Below, one piece after another: positions 9,321 through 19,234 of a DNA stretch of 64,000 nt. The position numbers and the translations under genes are program-made. Below the pieces are notes generated by a model. The model was not told the DNA's origin. It made no database searches and saw only the letters and a program-made list of their open reading frames with translations. Source of the DNA: an uncultured Alphaproteobacteria bacterium (GTDB lineage: Bacteria > Pseudomonadota > Alphaproteobacteria > CAAHEQ01 > UBA3637); the NCBI GenBank assembly GCA_944393195.1, contig CALXZG010000001.1, positions 143,091-207,090 on the forward strand, read 5' to 3'. How positions within the stretch are numbered: position 1 is the stretch's first letter; the number at the start of each line of letters is the position of its first letter.

Positions 9321-11524
9321 CCCCATTAGACGAACTCAGTCAACAACTCGGCATCTGGCATTCATATTGGGAAAACGGCCAAGAATATGTCGCATCCCCC
9401 GGTATTAAAAAAGCCCTTTGTCAAGCGCTCGGATATCCGGCCGATACACCGACCGAAGCGCGTCAATCTTTGGCTAAATGGCGGATGGATCAGTTTGCTG
9501 ATTTTGTCCCGCCCGTTGTTGTGGTTCGTGAATGGGAAGTGGCTTCTCTCGCACTTGAAATTGTTATCCCGGTCGAAGCACAAACACAAACTCTGTCTTG
9601 GTTTTTAACGCGTGAAGATCAAACAACCGACGGCGGCACCCAAAATTTAGCGGATCTTCCTGTTTTGGATAGTTGTATCGTTAAAGATAAAACATATTTA
9701 AAAAAACGCCTTTCTCTATCTTTATCTGTTCCGCTCGGCTATCATACATTAACCTTTCTGCTGGATGGAAAAAAGCCGACATCCAATACCATGACAAACC
9801 TGATTGTCACACCGAATACCTGTTATATGCCGGCCGGCATGCAACGCGGTAACCGTGTTTGGGGATTACCGATTCAACTTTATGCCGTTTCCTCACAACA
9901 CAATTGGGGAATGGGTGATATGACGGATTTACGCTATCTGGCCGACGTGGCCGAAACACTCAAAGCTTCCTTTATCGGTGTGAATCCCTTAAACGCTTTG
10001 TTTCCGGATAGTCCCCAAGATGCCAGTCCGTATTTTGCAACGGCGCGAACGTTTTTAAATCCGCTTTATATTGATACCGATGCTATTCCTGAGGCGGCCA
10101 CATCTCCGGCCTATGCCGATTATCAAAAATCTGCCCGCTTTATCGAATTGTTGACGGCCGCTAAACAATCCCCGACGGTTGAATATGATTACGTGGCGGA
10201 AATGAAATATACCGCTCTTGGCATTTTATATGATACCTTTAAAAACCTGCACCTGACATCGGATTGGCAGGCAACAACGCCCCGCGGACAGGCTTTTTTG
10301 GATTTTTGCCAAGGACAGGATGATGACCTGACCTTGTTCGCTACACATCAGGCGTTGCGCAGTTATTTTGCCGCCCGCGGTCAAAGCCGATGCTGGGCGG
10401 ATTGGCCAAAAGGTTATCGAACCCCGACCTCATCCGCCGTCCGTGCTTTTCAAAAAACATATGCCGACAGTATCTGGTTTGCCAAGTATCAACAATTTAT
10501 TGCCGTCGAACAATTCGAAGCCGTTCGTGCCGCATATGATCGGCCGTCTTTACCCGTTGGCTTGTATACGGATTTACCGGTCGGCGTCGGTTTAGGGAGT
10601 GCCGAAGTGTGGATGCATCAGAATATTTTTCTCCCCGGTGTTTCCGTGGGGGCGCCCCCGGATTTTATGAATAAAAAAGGGCAAGATTGGTCGTTGGCCG
10701 CCTTTAATCCCATTCGCCTGAAGAAAACACGATATGCGTTTTTTATTCGCTTGTTGAAACGTATTATGCGTCCGTCCGGTGCTTTGCGGATAGACCACGT
10801 TTTTTCCCTGATGCGCCTGTTTCTACGCGTTAAAGGCGGCGGAGCCTACCTGTCATATCCGTTTCGGGATTTACTCGGTTTGGTTGCCTTGGAAAGCGTT
10901 CGTAATCGCACTATTGTGGTCGGTGAGGATTTGGGAACGGTCCCGCCCGGATTTATGGAAGAAATGGCGCGTGCCGGAACACTTTCTTTCCGATTGATGC
11001 AGTATCAGAAAAGGGACGGAAAATTAATGCCGCCCGGTGCCTATGAACACCGCTGCCTCATTACACCGGGAACACACGATATGCCGACTTACCCCGCTTT
11101 TTGGCAGGGGCTTGACCTGGATTTGAAAAAACGCCTGAAAACCATGTCGCCGAAACAATATAAAGCGGAACAAAACGCCCGTCCGGAAGAACGTCGACAA
11201 TTTGTGGATGCCTTTATTGCGGAAGGTCTTTTGCCCGATCAGGATCGAACCGCTTGGTTGTCTTCCGATCTGCCGGATTGGTTTATTCCGAATACATACG
11301 CTTTTTTGGCCCGAACCCCCAGCTTGATGTTGGTCGTCCGCTTGGAAGATATGGTCGGGCAAATCGAACAGGTTAATGTTCCCGGAACATATTTAAACTA
11401 TCCGAATTGGCGGTATAAATTACCTGTTCTGCTTGAAAATATAACATCGGATGATCGGATTATGACGATAGCCGAACGCATTAACCGCGAACGCCCTCTG
11501 ATACCGGAGAATATGAATGGATAA
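9317..11524 (+). CDS. malQ: 4-alpha-glucanotransferase (amylomaltase)
   Basis: GH77 family. Start ATG 9317 overlaps the glgX stop (ATGA) and follows a CAGGAGG RBS. The ORF-track N-terminal extension is rejected. Confidence 0.9.
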   Translation: MTPLDELSQQLGIWHSYWENGQEYVASPGIKKALCQALGYPADTPTEARQSLAKWRMDQFADFVPPVVVVREWEVASLALEIVIPVEAQTQTLSWFLTREDQTTDGGTQNLADLPVLDSCIVKDKTYLKKRLSLSLSVPLGYHTLTFLLDGKKPTSNTMTNLIVTPNTCYMPAGMQRGNRVWGLPIQLYAVSSQHNWGMGDMTDLRYLADVAETLKASFIGVNPLNALFPDSPQDASPYFATARTFLNPLYIDTDAIPEAATSPAYADYQKSARFIELLTAAKQSPTVEYDYVAEMKYTALGILYDTFKNLHLTSDWQATTPRGQAFLDFCQGQDDDLTLFATHQALRSYFAARGQSRCWADWPKGYRTPTSSAVRAFQKTYADSIWFAKYQQFIAVEQFEAVRAAYDRPSLPVGLYTDLPVGVGLGSAEVWMHQNIFLPGVSVGAPPDFMNKKGQDWSLAAFNPIRLKKTRYAFFIRLLKRIMRPSGALRIDHVFSLMRLFLRVKGGGAYLSYPFRDLLGLVALESVRNRTIVVGEDLGTVPPGFMEEMARAGTLSFRLMQYQKRDGKLMPPGAYEHRCLITPGTHDMPTYPAFWQGLDLDLKKRLKTMSPKQYKAEQNARPEERRQFVDAFIAEGLLPDQDRTAWLSSDLPDWFIPNTYAFLARTPSLMLVVRLEDMVGQIEQVNVPGTYLNYPNWRYKLPVLLENITSDDRIMTIAERINRERPLIPENMNG

Positions 11525-12266
11525 ATACAAAAAATCATATATAATCAAAAGCTACGAATGCGATTTTAAATTAAAACTTCGCGTTCGAAGTCTGTTTAAT
11601 TTGTTTCAGGATATGGCCGATGAACACGCCGATGAAATGGGGCTCGGCTACGCCTATTGCCACGAACGCGGTATCGGATGGATCGGTGGCGGCTACCATG
11701 TCGCTGTCAATCAATGGCCGACATGGGGCGACACAATTGAAATGAGTACTTGGCCTTCCGCCGCGACGGCCGCTACCGGTATTCGTGATTTTTCCGCCAC
11801 GAATCAAAAGGGGGAAACCTTGATTCGGGCAACAAGCCAATGGGTTCTTGTCGATACCAATCGTATGCGGCCGATTCCCGTCTTAAAACATATCCCGACA
11901 TACGAACTCTTGCCGGAAAGAGCTTTTATCTCTGATTTTGCAAAAATCATAACACCGGATACCCCGCCGGATGATGTCCGCTCTTTTCCGGTTCGTATCG
12001 ATGATATCGATTTAAACGACCATGTTAATAATGCCCTTTATCCGACATGGGTACTGGATGCTTTTGACGCGGATTTTTTGAAAAAGCATACTCTTTCCGA
12101 AATACAGGTTTCTTTCCGCCATCCCGCCCGATATCGGGATATCATTACCCTACAAACATGGCAAAAGCAGAATGAAACCGTTCATACCCTGACAAACGCG
12201 GATCATACGGTTGAATACGCCCGTGTCCGTTTGGTCTGGCAACAGGAACGTTCCCATGACGCATAA
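11517..12266 (+). CDS. Acyl-ACP thioesterase family protein
   Basis: 249 aa hot-dog-fold thioesterase. Start overlaps the malQ stop by 8 nt. Confidence 0.6.
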   Translation: MDKYKKSYIIKSYECDFKLKLRVRSLFNLFQDMADEHADEMGLGYAYCHERGIGWIGGGYHVAVNQWPTWGDTIEMSTWPSAATAATGIRDFSATNQKGETLIRATSQWVLVDTNRMRPIPVLKHIPTYELLPERAFISDFAKIITPDTPPDDVRSFPVRIDDIDLNDHVNNALYPTWVLDAFDADFLKKHTLSEIQVSFRHPARYRDIITLQTWQKQNETVHTLTNADHTVEYARVRLVWQQERSHDA

Positions 12267-13530
12267 CGCCGTTGTTTTACTCCCGTACCTGAAAGAATCA
12301 ACCGATGTTCGTTCTCCCGAGGCGCGCTTGGCCGAAGCTGTGGCATTGACGGCCGCTATCGATCTGACCGTTTTCCATGCCGAAGCCATTGCTTTGCGTG
12401 AAATTAAGGCCAATACGTACTTAGGAAAAGGGACGATTGAACGCTTGGAATCCGTTATGCGAGCCCATGAAGTTGAGGTTGTCATTATCGCGTGTGCGTT
12501 GTCCCCCTTGCAACAACGTAACCTGGAAAAAGCATGGCAGACAAAAGTCATTGATAAAACCGCCCTGATTTTGGAAATTTTCGGTCAGCGCGCCCGTACC
12601 CGTGAAGGTGTTTTGCAAGTTGAATTGGCGCACCTGACCTACGCCCGATCCCGTTTGGTGCGTTCTTGGACGCACTTGGAAAGACAACGGGGCGGTAGTG
12701 GTTTTTTGGGCGGTCCCGGTGAAACCCAAATTGAACTTGACCGCCGTTTGATTGATGATGATATTCTGAAAATTAAAAAGGAATTGGCTGAGGTTAAAAA
12801 AACGCGAGAATTACATCGCAAAGCCCGTCGCCGGGTACCGTATCCGATTGTGGCTTTGGTCGGATATACCAATGCCGGTAAATCAACCTTGTTTAATTAC
12901 CTAACGCAATCGGATGTTTTTGCCAAAGACATGCTGTTTGCCACCCTTGACCCGACCATGCGTCACGTCCGCCTGCCGAACGGAACCGAGGTTATCCTTT
13001 CCGATACCGTCGGTTTTATTTCCGATTTACCAACCGAACTGGTTATGGCTTTCCGTGCCACCTTGGAAGAGGTGTTGGAAGCCGACATTATCGTCCATGT
13101 TCGTGATTTTTCACATCCGGATACGGCCGCTCAGAAACAAGATGTCGAAGCCGTCTTGGCCGACTTGGGTGTCAAAGATAAAGTGGATGCCGGCTTGATA
13201 GAAGTCTTAAATAAAATTGATTTGTTGGATGAAGACGAACAAAACCGGATTTGTACCCAAAAAACACGCCATGATAAAGAATGGCCTGTGTCCGCTAAAA
13301 CAGGGCAGGGAATACATGATTTCCTGTGCCGTATTGAAACCGAATTGATGAAGGATTACCGCCTTCTTGATTTGTCTGTTCCGGTCGAACGCGGCGATGT
13401 TTTGGCCGCTTTATATCGCAAAGGCCATATTCTGTCCCGTAAAGACGGTACAAAACATATTCGAATGACGGTTTCTTTGCCGCCGAAAGAAGTCCCTTTG
13501 TTCCATACCTATGAAAGGAAAATAAAATGA
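12256..13530 (+). CDS. hflX: GTPase HflX
   Basis: HflX N-domain followed by a G domain (GYTNAGKSTLFNYLT, DTVGF, NKID). Start chosen at ATG 12256, overlapping the upstream stop. Confidence 0.9.
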   Translation: MTHNAVVLLPYLKESTDVRSPEARLAEAVALTAAIDLTVFHAEAIALREIKANTYLGKGTIERLESVMRAHEVEVVIIACALSPLQQRNLEKAWQTKVIDKTALILEIFGQRARTREGVLQVELAHLTYARSRLVRSWTHLERQRGGSGFLGGPGETQIELDRRLIDDDILKIKKELAEVKKTRELHRKARRRVPYPIVALVGYTNAGKSTLFNYLTQSDVFAKDMLFATLDPTMRHVRLPNGTEVILSDTVGFISDLPTELVMAFRATLEEVLEADIIVHVRDFSHPDTAAQKQDVEAVLADLGVKDKVDAGLIEVLNKIDLLDEDEQNRICTQKTRHDKEWPVSAKTGQGIHDFLCRIETELMKDYRLLDLSVPVERGDVLAALYRKGHILSRKDGTKHIRMTVSLPPKEVPLFHTYERKIK

Positions 13531-13868
13531 CAACGGCTCTCTTTACCCGTCGTACGGAAGATTTTGATTGCGCTGTTTGCCACACACATGTTACGGGAAA
13601 CGGCTATACCAATCATTGCCCGACATGTCTGTATAGCAAACACGTTGATATTAACCCGGGGGACAGGGCTTCCCCGTGCCATGGTTTAATGCGTCCGATT
13701 GGTTTGGATACGAAAAACGGACAACAATACATCATTCATCAATGCGAAAAATGCGGTTTTACCCGTCGGAATAAAGTGTCCCCCGATGATGATTTTCGGG
13801 CGGTTATGGCTCTGTCAAACGGAACCATGGATGCTTATTGCGCCCGCTTGATACAACCTCAAAAATAA
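13527..13868 (+). CDS. RNHCP domain protein (Cys/His zinc-ribbon-like)
   Basis: 113 aa containing the GYTNHCPTCLYS and QCEKCGF motifs. Start overlaps the hflX stop. Confidence 0.5.
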   Translation: MTTALFTRRTEDFDCAVCHTHVTGNGYTNHCPTCLYSKHVDINPGDRASPCHGLMRPIGLDTKNGQQYIIHQCEKCGFTRRNKVSPDDDFRAVMALSNGTMDAYCARLIQPQK

Positions 13869-13872
13869 TCAC

Positions 13873-14883
13873 CTAATACAACACAATACCGCGTCGACAC
13901 ATGTCGGCAAAAATCGGTTTGTCTAATCCCAAAGCGGTAATCATTTCCCGCGGTGTTTCAACAACGTCAATATTGATAACCGATACAACACCGTTTTTTA
14001 CGGTTTTAACGACGGCGCTCGGTAAATCATTGCGCCCGATACAGGATGATAAATACACAAAACATTCATCATTGTTCCCTAAATACCGAACGGCTAAACG
14101 TCGCGCATATAGGTTTAACGTCAAATCCGCTTTTGTGGCATCCTTTGTCCAAGGGGATCCCCCACCGACGGGACACGCCGTTGAATAAAAATCACACGCC
14201 AGTTTGCGCCCCGTGATGCCGCAATCCGCAACCGCCGAATGACAGGTATAAGATCCCGTCCCATTCACAATTACCTGCGTCGGTGTTTCCCCTAAAATGT
14301 CGGCAATATCTTGGGGACTGATGACAACCGTCTGTCGCATGGGAACGGCTAAAATGGCCGTTTTGACCCGACCGTCCTCATGTAAAGTAATTTGCGCCTT
14401 AATATCCAATCCCAAATTGTCCGACATACGGGCCCGTTCGTAAAAAGTCGTCGCCAACCGTCGTGCCAAAACCAATTCTTTCGGTAAGAACATCTCCCCC
14501 TGACACGCATAGCCGACAAAAACGCCCTGATCCCCCCATCCGTTTTGCATCACGCCTTGATTGATTTCCGGCGATTGTTGCCCGATTAAATCAATCACCT
14601 CGACCCGATTGATGTTAATTGCTTGATCTCCCCACAAAGTCGCATACCGTTCATCATATCCGATGGCCCGCAAGGCTTCTTTTACCCAATCTGTCAAATT
14701 GTCTGTTGATACATGACCGCATATTTCTCCGCCCAACACAACTGTGTTTCCTTTGACCATGACCTCCACCCCGTATTTAATTGTGGGATCTTGTTCAATC
14801 AATCTGTCCAATATATAACTGCTGATAAAATCCGCCGTTTTGTCCGGATGTCCCAAAGAAACAAACTCTGCCGTTCTGATCAT
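13873..14883 (-). CDS. metK: S-adenosylmethionine synthetase, divergent and short (336 aa)
   Basis: Compared by eye with remembered MetK motifs: GHPDK near the N-terminus, IGQQSPEINQGV, GDQGVFVGYA, DCGITGRK and GGGSPWTKDATKADL align with IGKQSPDINQGV, GDQGLMFGYA, DCGLTGRK and GGGAFSGKDPSKVDRS. The central domain is shorter than typical bacterial MetK. Confidence 0.7.
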   Translation of the reverse strand: MIRTAEFVSLGHPDKTADFISSYILDRLIEQDPTIKYGVEVMVKGNTVVLGGEICGHVSTDNLTDWVKEALRAIGYDERYATLWGDQAININRVEVIDLIGQQSPEINQGVMQNGWGDQGVFVGYACQGEMFLPKELVLARRLATTFYERARMSDNLGLDIKAQITLHEDGRVKTAILAVPMRQTVVISPQDIADILGETPTQVIVNGTGSYTCHSAVADCGITGRKLACDFYSTACPVGGGSPWTKDATKADLTLNLYARRLAVRYLGNNDECFVYLSSCIGRNDLPSAVVKTVKNGVVSVINIDVVETPREMITALGLDKPIFADMCRRGIVLY

Positions 14884-16232
14884 GCTTTTTTCCTCCCGTT
14901 TTCAATCACTGATTTTTGCCATCTTCCCGAATAAAAATATGCCAGAGCCAATGTAATTTGCGGTATCGTCGCAATCGGTAAAGCCAACCCGGCGGCGAAT
15001 AAACTGGTCGCCGAATAAATCAACGGAATCCGGAAAAAGACCGTGCTGATAATATTGTTAATCATCGTAAATGTTGTTCGTCCGCACCCGTTCATAAATC
15101 CGTTGAGGCAAAAGACCAAACATAATAAAATGCAATCGGGACTATATGCCAAAATAAAGTCACTACCACTGCGGATAATATCACTGTTTTGCGTGAATAA
15201 ACGCATGACCCATGGCGCATGCGTATACATCATCGCAAAAGCCGGCGCGCCGAAACATAACGCCATTAAAAAACCCGTGTAAAAGGTTTCTCGTGCCCTT
15301 TGCGGTTGCCCCGCCCCGATGTTTTGTGCCGCCATAACCGAAACGGCCGAGGCAAAAGCCATTGCCGGCATAATCATAAATCCGTCAATTTTGGTTGTGA
15401 TACCGACCGCGGCGGCCGATATAACCCCCATTTTATTGACAATGGCCGTCATCAAAGTAAACGAACCGAAAATAATCGTCTGTTGAATAGCCGTCGGGAT
15501 TCCCAATCGCAGTATTTTTTTCGCTTTATTCGGATAAAACCCGACATTTTTCAGGGAAAAGTCAAATATAAACCCACACCGTCGTAAATATAAAACGGCA
15601 ATCATCACACTAAACGCTTGGGCAATAACGGTTGCGGTGGCAGCACCGGCAGCGCCCCATCCGAAATATCCGATAAATAATATATCCAAAAATACATTTA
15701 ATAAACATGCAATGGCGATAAATTTCATCGGGTTTTTTGAATCCCCCAACCCGCGTAAAACGGCACTGATGGATTCAAAAGAAAAAGTAAAAATAAGCCC
15801 GCCACCACAAATCGAAATGTATTGTACCGCCCCTTCAAAAGAGGCCGCTGGCGTTTCCAATAATCCGGCAATTTGTCGCGCGAAGATAACCATAAAAACC
15901 GCACATACAACCGCTGTTCCGGCAAATAAAGAAAAGACTGTCTTGATTGTTTCTGCCACATCCTGTTCACGCTTGGCACCGAAATATTGCCCGATTAAAA
16001 TTGTCCCGCCTAACGTCAATCCGATGGCCAAAGCCATCATCATAAAGACAGCCTGCGCCCCCGTTGCCGTCGCGGCCAAAGCCGACGGATCGGCGAACCG
16101 ACTGACAATAAATACATCCGCCGTCCCGTATAAAGCCATTAAAAAATTAGCCGCTAAATAGGGTAGGGCAAATTTTAACAACGTTTTGGCAATATGACCG
16201 TCCGTTAAACGATGTACATTCGCTGATAACAT
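14880..16232 (-). CDS. MATE family multidrug efflux transporter
   Basis: Twelve-TM MATE topology. The ORF-track start at 16421 is an artefact of an open frame; ATG at 16232 gives MLSANVHRLTDGHIAKTLLKFALPY. Confidence 0.8.
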   Translation of the reverse strand: MLSANVHRLTDGHIAKTLLKFALPYLAANFLMALYGTADVFIVSRFADPSALAATATGAQAVFMMMALAIGLTLGGTILIGQYFGAKREQDVAETIKTVFSLFAGTAVVCAVFMVIFARQIAGLLETPAASFEGAVQYISICGGGLIFTFSFESISAVLRGLGDSKNPMKFIAIACLLNVFLDILFIGYFGWGAAGAATATVIAQAFSVMIAVLYLRRCGFIFDFSLKNVGFYPNKAKKILRLGIPTAIQQTIIFGSFTLMTAIVNKMGVISAAAVGITTKIDGFMIMPAMAFASAVSVMAAQNIGAGQPQRARETFYTGFLMALCFGAPAFAMMYTHAPWVMRLFTQNSDIIRSGSDFILAYSPDCILLCLVFCLNGFMNGCGRTTFTMINNIISTVFFRIPLIYSATSLFAAGLALPIATIPQITLALAYFYSGRWQKSVIENGRKKA

Positions 16233-16337
16233 GATTTTCCCTTTCGGGAGTTGTATACCATTCAAAATAGATTTGGTCAAGCACTCGACCGAATAAACTT
16301 GATTTTTTCTCGCGTTTCTGATATCTCTTTCGGTAAG

Positions 16338-18173
16338 ATGATAGATATTAACGATATAACCGTCCGTATCGGACAACGTGTTTTGTTGGATCATGCTTCC
16401 GTTCATATTGCCGATTGTCAAAAAGTCGGTATCGTCGGTTTGAATGGTTGCGGTAAATCAACCTTGTTTCGTGTCCTGAAACACGAAATAGATACCGAAA
16501 CCGGTTCCGTTTCTTTTCCCAATAAAGCCCGTATCGTTTCCGTGGCTCAGGAATTAACCGATACCGATTTACCTGTTTTGGAATATGTGTTGGCACGTGA
16601 TACCGATTTGGCTGCTTTGAAAAAAAGTTTGGCCACTGCCACTGATTTAGAAAAACCGGAGCTCTTGGAACAATGGCGCTTGATGGAAGGTGACGCTGCC
16701 CCCGCTCGTGCGGCACGTATTTTACGAGGTCTCGGTTTCGCCGAAACTGATTTAACCCGTCCGGTTCAAGATTTCTCCGGCGGTTGGCGTATGCGCCTGA
16801 CGCTGGCCGCTGCTCTGTTCCGACCTTCAACTATTTTACTGCTGGACGAACCGACCAACCATTTGGATTTGGAGGCAACACTCTGGCTCCTGAATCACTT
16901 AAAAAAGTATACCGGAACATTGTTGTTGATCAGTCATGATCGAATTGTCCTGAATGAATTATGCGACCATATCATCCATTTTGATAATCGTAAACTGACT
17001 CTTTATACCGGAAATTACGATACCTTTCAACAAACCTATGCGGCCCAAATCGACTTGCTCTCTAAACAAATAGCTAAACAAAACCAAAAACGGGCACACC
17101 TGCAATCCTTTATCGATCGCTTCCGGTATAAAGCCACAAAGGCGCGCCAAGCACAAAGCCGTTTGAAACAATTGGAAAAGATGGCAGAGTTGCCCGAATT
17201 GCCCGGTCATGCGGAATCCCATTTCACTTTTCCTGAACCCGCCCGCTTGGCCCCACCGTTACTGACCTTGGATAACGTGTCTGTCGGGTACGATGATCAT
17301 GTTGTTTTACGAAAACTCTCCTTTTCCGTTGGCCCGCATGATCGGATAGCCTTAATGGGGGCAAACGGTAACGGAAAGTCCACATTGGCAAAATTGCTTG
17401 TCGGTCGCTTGTCCCCTATGGACGGAACTCTCCGTCGCGCTCCGCAACTGCAAATAGGCTACTTTGCCCAACACCAAACCGAAGATTTGCCCCTTGCCAT
17501 CACACCGTTGCTGTTGATGTCACGCCTGATGCCCACGGCAACGGAAACTAAACTCAGGTCGCATCTGGCGCGTTTCGGCTTAACCGGTGACCGCGCTTTG
17601 ACACGTATTGAATACCTGTCCGGTGGGGAAAAAGCTCGCCTGTTGTTCGCTCGCATGACGATTCACGAACCCGCTCTCCTGATTTTGGACGAGCCGACCA
17701 ATCACTTGGATATCCAAGGCCGCGAAGCTCTGATTGAAGCCCTGAATGCTTATCAGGGCGGCGTGATTATGATTGCCCATGATTTGAATATGATAGAATT
17801 GGCCGCCGATGATTTGTGGTTGGTTCAAGACGGTACCTGTCGCCCCTTTATCGGCGATTTGGATGATTATCGTCGCCAAGTTCTGACAGCGGATAATCCC
17901 CGTCCGCCCGTTAAACAACCTAAGGTCACCACGACACCGCCGCCGCGTAAAGTCCATGCTTCGGCCGAAATCCGTCAGACCAAAGCTAAAATGGGATTGT
18001 TGGAAAAAGAATTGGATACTTTAACGGCCCGAAAACAAGCCATCGAAAACTCCTTTACGACACCGCTGACTCCTGATCAAATTCGTCAAGCCTCGGACGA
18101 ACTACGTCAACTGGATGCTCAAATTGCTGATTTGGAAGAAAAATGGCTTGCTTTGTCTGATAAAATTATGTAA
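16338..18173 (+). CDS. ABC-F family ATPase (YheS/Uup/EttA-like; two ABC domains, no TMD)
   Basis: Two Walker A sites (GLNGCGKST and GANGNGKST) and two LSGG signatures. Start at ATG 16338 (MIDINDITVRIGQRVLLDHASV), which aligns with the N-terminus of ABC-F proteins. Confidence 0.85.
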   Translation: MIDINDITVRIGQRVLLDHASVHIADCQKVGIVGLNGCGKSTLFRVLKHEIDTETGSVSFPNKARIVSVAQELTDTDLPVLEYVLARDTDLAALKKSLATATDLEKPELLEQWRLMEGDAAPARAARILRGLGFAETDLTRPVQDFSGGWRMRLTLAAALFRPSTILLLDEPTNHLDLEATLWLLNHLKKYTGTLLLISHDRIVLNELCDHIIHFDNRKLTLYTGNYDTFQQTYAAQIDLLSKQIAKQNQKRAHLQSFIDRFRYKATKARQAQSRLKQLEKMAELPELPGHAESHFTFPEPARLAPPLLTLDNVSVGYDDHVVLRKLSFSVGPHDRIALMGANGNGKSTLAKLLVGRLSPMDGTLRRAPQLQIGYFAQHQTEDLPLAITPLLLMSRLMPTATETKLRSHLARFGLTGDRALTRIEYLSGGEKARLLFARMTIHEPALLILDEPTNHLDIQGREALIEALNAYQGGVIMIAHDLNMIELAADDLWLVQDGTCRPFIGDLDDYRRQVLTADNPRPPVKQPKVTTTPPPRKVHASAEIRQTKAKMGLLEKELDTLTARKQAIENSFTTPLTPDQIRQASDELRQLDAQIADLEEKWLALSDKIM

Positions 18174-18199
18174 TCTGTTGGGGTAGGAGGATAATCCCA

Positions 18200-19120
18200 A
18201 TGTTTTCATTTTTGCATCGTACCCCGAAACCCTATGATACCGGTTGGTTGCCGACCGATAACGGTCATGAAATTTATTATCAACAATTCGGTCATCCGAA
18301 AGGGACACCCGTTTTACTCTTTCACGGTGGTCCCGGCGGTTGCGGACGGGCAAAAAACGCTACCCATTACGATTTGAAGAAATGGCGCGTCATTCTGTTT
18401 GATCAACGCGGCTGTGGTCAATCCCGCTATACGGATCTCCTGCGCGATAATACCGCTCCCGCCGCTGTACGGGATGCCATGGCTTTGTTGACCCATTTGA
18501 AAATCAAAGGCAAAATTACGGTCGGTGGCGGCTCCTATGGGGCAGGGCTGGCTCTTTTGTTTGCCGAAACATACCCGAACCGTGTTAAACAGTTGATTTT
18601 AAATTCCGTCTTTTTAATGCGCCGACAGGATGTCGAATGGGTTTCACACGATAGTCGCCTGTTTTACCCCGATTTGATTGACGAAATGCGTCGTCAAGCC
18701 GGTTCAACCGATATTGTTTCTTTCTATCACCGCTTAATTTTTTCCGATAAGTATTTGGATTTGCAACAAGCCCAAAAATACTATGGCGCTTACGAACATA
18801 TGCTTGGCCAAACCGAGGCCGCATTTGATAAAACACCGGCGTTGACGGATGCCGGTATTCGCTTTACCCGAATTTATCTACACTATGAGAAAAATGACTT
18901 TTTTGTTCAGGAAAACCAAATCCTAAAAAATATCGCAACAATTCGGGATATTCCCACCCTGATTGTCCATAACCGTTTGGATTTTTGTTGTCCCGTTGTA
19001 CAGGCTTACGACCTTGCTCAATCTCTGTCACATGCTAAATTGGTCATTGTTCCGGATAAAGGGCATAGCAGTCCTTTGTTGTTTACGACATTGACGCGGG
19101 AGATTAAAAAGATATCCTGA
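18200..19120 (+). CDS. pip: Proline iminopeptidase (S33 alpha/beta hydrolase)
   Basis: 306 aa with the HGGPGG motif and GGSYG nucleophile elbow. Confidence 0.8.
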   Translation: MFSFLHRTPKPYDTGWLPTDNGHEIYYQQFGHPKGTPVLLFHGGPGGCGRAKNATHYDLKKWRVILFDQRGCGQSRYTDLLRDNTAPAAVRDAMALLTHLKIKGKITVGGGSYGAGLALLFAETYPNRVKQLILNSVFLMRRQDVEWVSHDSRLFYPDLIDEMRRQAGSTDIVSFYHRLIFSDKYLDLQQAQKYYGAYEHMLGQTEAAFDKTPALTDAGIRFTRIYLHYEKNDFFVQENQILKNIATIRDIPTLIVHNRLDFCCPVVQAYDLAQSLSHAKLVIVPDKGHSSPLLFTTLTREIKKIS

Positions 19121-19160
19121 TTAACTTGTATTCCTACCAAAAAGAATACTCCAAAAACAG

Positions 19161-19189
19161 TTGACAAAAATACGGAAGTGCTTTATAAT
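19161..19189 (+). promoter_or_regulatory. Sigma-70 type promoter
   Basis: TTGACA (19161-19166), 17-nt spacer, TATAAT (19184-19189). It lies inside the ORF-track N-terminal extension of the next gene, so that extension is rejected. Confidence 0.55.
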
Positions 19190-19234
19190 GCGCGACATCC
19201 TATATTAATTTTTATACTGTTAAAGGAATCATAC

